Shown one piece after another: positions 58,485-64,000 of a stretch of 64,000 bases of DNA. Source of the DNA: Candidatus Parvarchaeota archaeon (GTDB lineage Archaea; Nanobdellota; Nanobdellia; B33-G15). Location of the stretch: assembly GCA_017608385.1 (NCBI GenBank), contig JAFCFZ010000004.1, positions 2,253-66,252 on the forward strand. The letters are read 5' to 3'. Position 1 is the first letter of the stretch. Each line of letters begins with the position of its first letter. Position numbers and translations under genes: made by a program. The notes below the pieces were generated by a model. It had not been told where the DNA came from. It was given only the letters and a program-made list of their open reading frames with translations, and made no database searches.

Positions 58485-59027
58485 ATGGCTGAACAAACAT
58501 TTTTAGAAGCAATTGGAATTTTCCAGTACTTTGGATTACAATATTTGCTAGTTCCCCTGTTAATTTTTGTTATGACTCTTGGAATTCTTCAAAAAACCAA
58601 GATGATAAGTGATAAACCAGATATTAATGCAGCCATAGGATTCTCATTTGCTTTTGTTATTGCTATGGTACCACAATTTGTTGATTTTCTTGCTTTTTTG
58701 ATGCCATTAATGATAGGATTCATTATGATATTGTTTGGAATAGGAATGATTTTTATGTTATTTGGAGCAAAATCAGACAATTTTTTTAATTTTTTCAAGA
58801 GCCCCGGAATAATCATTCTCACTATTGTTATTTTCATGATAATAGTATTCTATTCTATTTCGGATGTTTTTGGAGATCAAATTTCTTCATGGACTTCAGA
58901 TAATAGAACAACAGGAGGAATGGGTTCTGGAGTAGAGAGAATATTTAGTCCAGAAGTATTTGGAACAGTAATCTTCATTTCAGTTGCAGCTGTGGGAGTA
59001 TATATGATTAGTGCGCAGAAATCTTAA
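58485..59027 (+). CDS. 4-TM membrane protein, tandem paralog 3
   Basis: LVPLLIFVMTLGILQKTKMISDKPDINAAIGFSFAFVIA is conserved with paralog 1. Confidence 0.55.
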   Translation: MAEQTFLEAIGIFQYFGLQYLLVPLLIFVMTLGILQKTKMISDKPDINAAIGFSFAFVIAMVPQFVDFLAFLMPLMIGFIMILFGIGMIFMLFGAKSDNFFNFFKSPGIIILTIVIFMIIVFYSISDVFGDQISSWTSDNRTTGGMGSGVERIFSPEVFGTVIFISVAAVGVYMISAQKS

Positions 59028-59672
59028 TTATTCTTTTTTAGTCTTAGTTACTTCTTTTAATTCTTTGATACTATCTGTTAAAGTAGGAACCAATTTACTC
59101 ATAACCTTATCAAGAGCTTGCATTTCAATACTTACTTCTTGCATACTCTTTCCATATTCATCTACCTTAGCTGCCATAGTAGCTTCAATAGCATCAACTC
59201 TTTTTTTGAAGTCTTCAACTTTAGAATCTATTTTATCAATCTGTTTTTCAACCTTAGCTTTCCACTCTTCCATTATCACTAATTTTTCTTCAACATCAAT
59301 CCATTTTTCTTGAATTATTTGTTCAAGAATTCTTTCAATTTCCTCAACACTTCTATCTTTTACTTCCATGCCTGGAGCTGGTGCAAAATCTGGAGAAGCT
59401 CCAAAATCCATTGTTGGCATTGCTTGTTGAGGTTGTTGTGGTAAAGGTGGTAAAGCTGTTTCGGGATTTGGGTTAGAATTTGCAGCAGATTTTAATTCAG
59501 CTTGACTCATTGCATCTTTTATTTGTTGGAATTCATATCCTTCTGCTCTTAATTGATTAATAATTTGATCATTATTCATTCCTTGATTTCTAAGATCTAA
59601 AACCTCTTTTACAGGAACTTTTTTATGAGTTCCTTCATCCTTACCTCTTAGTCTATCTAAAATTCCCATCAA
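59028..59672 (-). CDS. Coiled-coil protein with an N-terminal helical domain and a P/Q-rich low-complexity linker
   Basis: N-terminus MMGILDRLRGK...; linker PNPETALPPLPQQPQQAMP; C-terminal heptad-rich half. Confidence 0.45.
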   Translation of the reverse strand: MMGILDRLRGKDEGTHKKVPVKEVLDLRNQGMNNDQIINQLRAEGYEFQQIKDAMSQAELKSAANSNPNPETALPPLPQQPQQAMPTMDFGASPDFAPAPGMEVKDRSVEEIERILEQIIQEKWIDVEEKLVIMEEWKAKVEKQIDKIDSKVEDFKKRVDAIEATMAAKVDEYGKSMQEVSIEMQALDKVMSKLVPTLTDSIKELKEVTKTKKE

Positions 59673-60040
59673 ACACGACCTATCTCTCTTCTAATCAATT
59701 CGACCGCTTCTTCCTTTGTTAAGAATCTTGTAGGGTCAAACAAGTTAATATATCTTTCTAACACTTTTATATCTTGGTTTCTTGCAACGTTTTGCATGTC
59801 CTTTATTAGGTTTCTTAGAGCACCTTCCATTTCCTTCATATTTCCTTTGAAAGAATTGGTTTCTTCTTGTAAATCAACAATCATTTCTTTTAGTTCTTTA
59901 GTTCTTTTTAATCCACTTTCATCAATTATCTTCATTTTCATAGATAATTGTTCATATCTCTCTTCTACAAGCCTTATCCGGTTAGTTAATTGAGTAACTT
60001 GCTGATATAGAACCTGAATATAGTTTTCCTGTTTTTCCAT
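59669..60040 (-). CDS. Small coiled-coil protein, translationally coupled to the downstream coiled-coil gene by an ATGA overlap
   Basis: 123 aa, helical and heptad-rich. It is divergent from the secretion ATPase. Confidence 0.45.
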   Translation of the reverse strand: MEKQENYIQVLYQQVTQLTNRIRLVEERYEQLSMKMKIIDESGLKRTKELKEMIVDLQEETNSFKGNMKEMEGALRNLIKDMQNVARNQDIKVLERYINLFDPTRFLTKEEAVELIRREIGRV

Positions 60041-60118
60041 TTATAATCCCCACATTTTTTAAATTGGCAGTAATTTATTCATATTAAAGGAGAATTTAAT
60101 ACTTTTCGTTGATGCGAA

Positions 60119-62401
60119 ATGCCCGAAACCAAAAAACCCTGTTCATATACAGTGGAAATTGAAGGAAACCAAAAGAATTTGGTAGTTAATTGTATTGGTT
60201 GTTTTTTATATCCTAGCATAGAGGATAACAAAGCATGTATGGAAAGAGTTGTGGACTATATAATAGCATCAGGTACGCCAACAAATGTTATTCTTTCAAG
60301 TAGCAGAAACATAATTTATCCTGTTGAACAAACAAGGATGTTGGTTGAAATTGCAAACCTCCATAAAAAATTTGTCAAAGAACAAAATGTTTTTGATATA
60401 AATTTAATATCTCCTCATGATAGAGAAGCTTTGCCAGAAAGATTAGCAACAATGAAGGAAATCGTTCTGAACAATTTGAGGGGAGATCCTATTGGTGCAT
60501 ATGTTCAAACTTTAAGAGAATTAAGAGAACAAAAAGCAAAACTGCCTTCTGCAACTCCAAAAGAAAGATCTAGTTTGGAAGCATTTATCAAAGTCTTGGT
60601 GAACATTCTCGAATCTATCGAAGGAACTTCTATCATTAAAAAAGCAATGCCAAAACTTCCTGGACACAAGATAGGAGATAGAGAAGTTTACAGAGATATA
60701 TTCAAGCCCTTGATAAAACCAAATTTTATGCTCACTCGTTTAATGGCTGAACCTCCAATAAAAGCACAAGAAATAGATTCTTACACTATTGGAGGCAAAA
60801 ATAAATCAGATGTTCTTATTTTCAAAGTTCCTGGAAAAATTCAATATCTTTACCATCTAAATCCTCCGGAATTCAAGTTAGATGAAGATGCATATGTTCT
60901 GTTAGATGAAGCAAGAAATGTTTTAGCAAAACATAAACCAGGAGAAAAAGAATTTGTTGACCCAAAAAGAGTCAGGGGTATATTTACAAACATTAGTAAG
61001 GATTTGTTAGAACAATTAGCAAATTCTAGAAGAATGAAGTTGAAGTATGATGAAATAGAAAAATTGGCTGAAATACTTGTTAGATTAACAGTTGGATTCG
61101 GTCTTATTGAAGTTCTTTTAGAAGATGAAAAGATTGAAGATATTTACATAAATGCACCCGTAGGAACTGAGAAAGTTTTCATAAAACATGCAGAATATGG
61201 AGAATGTTTTACTAATATTATTCCTAGTTTCACAGAGGCAGAAGCTTGGGCTTCAAGATTTCGTATGATTTCAGGAAGACCTTTGGATGAAGCTAATCCT
61301 GTTTTAGATGCTGAAATAATTACACCTACTGTTTTTTCAAGAGCCGCGGTTATTCAAAATCCAATAAGTCCAAAAGGACTTTCATTTGCATTTAGAAGAC
61401 ATAGAGCAAAGCCATGGACTCTTCCTTTGTTTATAAAACAAAAATATCTATCTCCCCTTTCTGCAGGATTACTTTCTTTCTTAGTTGATGGATCAAGATC
61501 TATCTTAGTTGCAGGAACAAGAGGAGCAGGTAAAACCAGTCTTTTGACAGCACTAATGGTTGAAATCATGAGAAAGTTCAGGGTGATTACAATAGAAGAT
61601 ACAATGGAATTACCAACTGAGTCATTCAAAGAAATAGGATATAATATATTACCACTGAAGGTTAGAAGTGCAATTGTTGGAAGTAAATCTGAAATGAGCG
61701 CATCAGATGGGATAAGAACTTCTTTACGTTTAGGAGATTCTTCTTTGATTATAGGTGAGGTCAGAAGTAAAGAAGCTGTTGCTCTGTATGAAGCAATGAG
61801 GATAGGAGCGTTGGCTAATGTGGTGGCAGGAACAATTCATGGAGATAGCCCATATGGTGTTTTTGATAGAGTAGTTAATGATTTGGGAGTTCCAAGAACA
61901 AGTTTTAAGGCAACAGATATTATAATTGTAGCTAATAAAATCAGAAGTCCAGATTTGCTTTCAGAGATGAGAAGAGTTATGAGTGTAACCGAAGTAAGAA
62001 AACATTGGGAAGATGATCCCGTTAGAGAAAAGGGATTTGAAAATTTAATGGAATACAATTCAAAAAAAGATATTTTAGAACCTTCCCGTAATTTGATGGA
62101 AGGAGAGAGTGAAGTTCTAAAATCAATTGGTTCTAGGGTAAAAGAGTGGATTGGTGACTGGGATAGGATATGGGATAATATTCAATTAAGAGCAGACATA
62201 AAGAGTATGATAGTGAAATATTCAGATGCAGATCCCTCTATTTTGGAGGCAAACTCTGTGGTCAGTTCCAATGATAAATTTCATATGATATTTGAACAAC
62301 TTTCAAAAGAAACAGGATATCCTGAGAGTGATAGGGTAAAAGCTGATTTTGAAGAATGGTTAAAAGCAAAGATAAAGAAAAAAAATGAAAAAAAGCTATG
62401 A
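60119..62401 (+). CDS. Type II/IV secretion-superfamily ATPase (FlaI/TadA/VirB11-like), atypically long at 760 aa
   Basis: Walker A VAGTRGAGKTSLL, Asp/Walker-B box RVITIEDTMEL, the conserved LRLGDSSLIIGEVRSKEA segment, and His box GTIHGDSP. The N-terminal extension before the ATPase core is about 450 aa. Confidence 0.8.
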   Translation: MPETKKPCSYTVEIEGNQKNLVVNCIGCFLYPSIEDNKACMERVVDYIIASGTPTNVILSSSRNIIYPVEQTRMLVEIANLHKKFVKEQNVFDINLISPHDREALPERLATMKEIVLNNLRGDPIGAYVQTLRELREQKAKLPSATPKERSSLEAFIKVLVNILESIEGTSIIKKAMPKLPGHKIGDREVYRDIFKPLIKPNFMLTRLMAEPPIKAQEIDSYTIGGKNKSDVLIFKVPGKIQYLYHLNPPEFKLDEDAYVLLDEARNVLAKHKPGEKEFVDPKRVRGIFTNISKDLLEQLANSRRMKLKYDEIEKLAEILVRLTVGFGLIEVLLEDEKIEDIYINAPVGTEKVFIKHAEYGECFTNIIPSFTEAEAWASRFRMISGRPLDEANPVLDAEIITPTVFSRAAVIQNPISPKGLSFAFRRHRAKPWTLPLFIKQKYLSPLSAGLLSFLVDGSRSILVAGTRGAGKTSLLTALMVEIMRKFRVITIEDTMELPTESFKEIGYNILPLKVRSAIVGSKSEMSASDGIRTSLRLGDSSLIIGEVRSKEAVALYEAMRIGALANVVAGTIHGDSPYGVFDRVVNDLGVPRTSFKATDIIIVANKIRSPDLLSEMRRVMSVTEVRKHWEDDPVREKGFENLMEYNSKKDILEPSRNLMEGESEVLKSIGSRVKEWIGDWDRIWDNIQLRADIKSMIVKYSDADPSILEANSVVSSNDKFHMIFEQLSKETGYPESDRVKADFEEWLKAKIKKKNEKKL

Positions 62402-64000
62402 TGAGATTTTTAATAAATATATAAAAGAAACTCCTACTAAGAAGCAGACAGTTAGTAGGGATTTTAAGTTATTTCTAAAAGATGAAAGAACTGGATTTAT
62501 GAAAAGATATGAATCTTTATGTAAATCCGCAGGGAAAATATTAATGGTCAGTATACCTGATGAAGAAAAGAAAAGGCTTCAAAATGCAATCAAACTCAAT
62601 GCCATGTCTGTAACTCCTGAAGAAATTGGTTCGTTGTCTCTTCTTGCTCTTTTAATGACAATAATGTTTACTGGAGTTGTTGCTGTTATCTTCTTCATGT
62701 TTAATTTATTAACTGGAGTAATGTCTTTGATTGTTTTGGGCTTAGGTCTAGCGGGTATTTTGATGTATGATAAAATACGTAAATATCCCATTGGTTTGAT
62801 AGAAACAAGAAGAATAAGGTCTTCAAATGAATTGGTCCTGTCTATATTGTACATTGTTTCTTATATGAGACACACTTCCAACTTAGAGGAAGCAATAAGA
62901 TTTGCTGCTTCTAATCTTGAAGGACCTCTCTCTAATGATTTTATCAAAATGATATGGGATATTCAAGCTAGAAAATATTCAGATATCCAAGACGCACTAA
63001 ATAATTATTTAATGAATTGGAAAGAATTCAATCCTGCATTTGTTGATGCAATGTATTTGATAAGAAGCACTCTGTATCAAGGAGATGAAGCAAATAGATT
63101 GGCTCTTTTAGATGAATCAGTCAATAGAATATTAGATGGTACATTTAGAAATATGGTAAATTATGCTTCTTCTTTAAGAAATCCTATTAACACAATTTAC
63201 ATGATGGGTATTGTTTTACCTGTTTTAGGAATGGTAATGTTTCCAATGGTTTCTACTTTTATGGCAGAATCAATAAGTACCGAAATTATGATAGTAGGTT
63301 ATAATATAATCCTCCCTCTCCTTGTTTTCTTGCTTGCAAAAAATATTCTCAAAAATAGACCATCTGGTTTTCCTTATGTTGATATATCTGGACATCCAGA
63401 AATTGCAAAGAGGCATTATTTTTACTTGGGAAAGAAACAATATCCTGCAATAATCCCAGCGATTATAGCTTTCTTAGTTATGGCAGGTCCTTTTATATTC
63501 CTTTTAATGATAACGACTGAAATATCTGAAATACAGATTTATTTGAGCATTCCAATTACTTTTGCTGCTGCTGCTGCAATTTATGTATACACTCGCTTGA
63601 CAACAACAAAACCAATGAGTATTCTCAAAAAAGTCTATTCTGTTGAAAATGATTTTTCTCATGCAATTTTTCAATTAGGAACTATTTTAGTTCAAGAAGT
63701 TCCTGTCGAGCAGGCATTTATTAAAGTAGCTTCATCAATGAAGGGTTCTGAAACATCTGATTTTTTGAGAAGAGTAGTTAATAATATTAGAAGTGTAGGT
63801 TTAAGCGCTTCAGATGCTCTCTTTCACAAAGAATATGGTGCTGTTTTGATGTTCCCTTCTCCAATAATCAAAAGTACAATGAAAGTTTTAGTAGATACAT
63901 CTAAAAAGAGTTTGAAAGATGCAGGAATAGCTCTTATTTTTGTTTCAAAATATCTCAGAAGCTTGAAAGAAATAGATGATAGGGTTAATGATTCTCTTGA
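62385..64000 (+). CDS. FlaJ/TadC/GspF-like membrane platform protein (3' end runs off the window)
   Basis: The ORF is not in the supplied track because it has no stop inside the window. ATG at 62385 (MKKSYDEIF...). The layout is a cytoplasmic N-terminus, a TM pair, a ~150-aa cytoplasmic helical domain, then more TM helices. This is the T2SSF-like arrangement, immediately downstream of the ATPase. Confidence 0.6.
   Translation, partial: MKKSYDEIFNKYIKETPTKKQTVSRDFKLFLKDERTGFMKRYESLCKSAGKILMVSIPDEEKKRLQNAIKLNAMSVTPEEIGSLSLLALLMTIMFTGVVAVIFFMFNLLTGVMSLIVLGLGLAGILMYDKIRKYPIGLIETRRIRSSNELVLSILYIVSYMRHTSNLEEAIRFAASNLEGPLSNDFIKMIWDIQARKYSDIQDALNNYLMNWKEFNPAFVDAMYLIRSTLYQGDEANRLALLDESVNRILDGTFRNMVNYASSLRNPINTIYMMGIVLPVLGMVMFPMVSTFMAESISTEIMIVGYNIILPLLVFLLAKNILKNRPSGFPYVDISGHPEIAKRHYFYLGKKQYPAIIPAIIAFLVMAGPFIFLLMITTEISEIQIYLSIPITFAAAAAIYVYTRLTTTKPMSILKKVYSVENDFSHAIFQLGTILVQEVPVEQAFIKVASSMKGSETSDFLRRVVNNIRSVGLSASDALFHKEYGAVLMFPSPIIKSTMKVLVDTSKKSLKDAGIALIFVSKYLRSLKEIDDRVNDSL

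Noticed and set aside
57419-59027. Tandem 4-TM paralogs as type IV pilins or archaellins
   Set aside because: None has the class III signal peptide architecture (a short basic N-terminus, then K/R-G-Q/A/S, then a hydrophobic stretch). They have four TM segments rather than one.
59028-59672. The 214-aa coiled-coil protein as an ESCRT-III/PspA-like or FlaC/D/E-like protein
   Set aside because: The N-terminus (MMGILDRLRGK...) is only vaguely reminiscent of PspA/ESCRT-III. No confident motif was found, so it is left as a generic coiled-coil protein.
62398-62424. Alternative start for the platform gene at ATGATG (62398-62403)
   Set aside because: That frame terminates after about 8 codons (MMRFLINI*). 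The ATG at 62385 gives an open frame to the end of the window with FlaJ/TadC-like topology.
1-64000. CRISPR arrays, rRNA genes, transposases, integrases or prophage genes
   Set aside because: No regularly spaced direct repeats, no rRNA-like conserved stretches, and no DDE/tyrosine-recombinase-like ORFs were seen. The tRNA-Ile is not flanked by an integrase or a direct repeat.

Overview
Archaeal chromosomal segment of about 64 kb with low GC (~30%), tightly packed genes and many 4-nt ATGA start/stop overlaps. It is likely from a small-genome, DPANN-like archaeon. The evidence is a set of archaeal hallmark genes: aIF5A with a hypusine motif, aRF1, diphthine synthase, archaeal class-I CCA enzyme, RPA, Orc1/Cdc6, FEN-1, AglB/STT3 with WWDYG, SAMP plus NcsA, and an A24 preflagellin peptidase.

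Layout:
(1) 1-17.4 kb: translation and information-processing genes. These are a P-type ATPase 3' end, RPA, aIF5A, aRF1, tRNA-Ile(GAU), a MetRS whose annotated start is wrong, Lhr helicase, CCA enzyme, NOL1/NOP2, HIT, PibD-like peptidase, diphthine synthase and a tandem Trm5/Taw2 pair.
(2) 17.4-47 kb: a large surface-glycan / N-glycosylation island, ending in the AglH-like GlcNAc-1-P transferase and the AglB oligosaccharyltransferase. It contains sugar nucleotidyltransferases, a phosphohexomutase, a Wzx-like flippase, a DegT aminotransferase, an LbH acetyltransferase, epimerases, three GT4 and three GT2 enzymes, UDP-GlcNAc 2-epimerase and a GT-C enzyme.
(3) 47.7-51 kb: Orc1/Cdc6, FEN-1 and SAMP-NcsA.
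(4) 54-64 kb: the most unusual part of the window. It is a type-IV-filament / secretion-like locus. It has a divergent secretion-superfamily ATPase (760 aa, P-loop GTRGAGKTS), a FlaJ/TadC-like platform protein that runs off the window, two divergently transcribed coiled-coil proteins, three tandem paralogous ~180-aa 4-TM proteins of unknown family, and a 946-aa signal-peptide/polytopic protein with a very long K/E-rich coiled-coil tail. No recognizable class-III-signal pilin genes lie nearby.

No CRISPR arrays, rRNA genes, transposases or integrases were seen.
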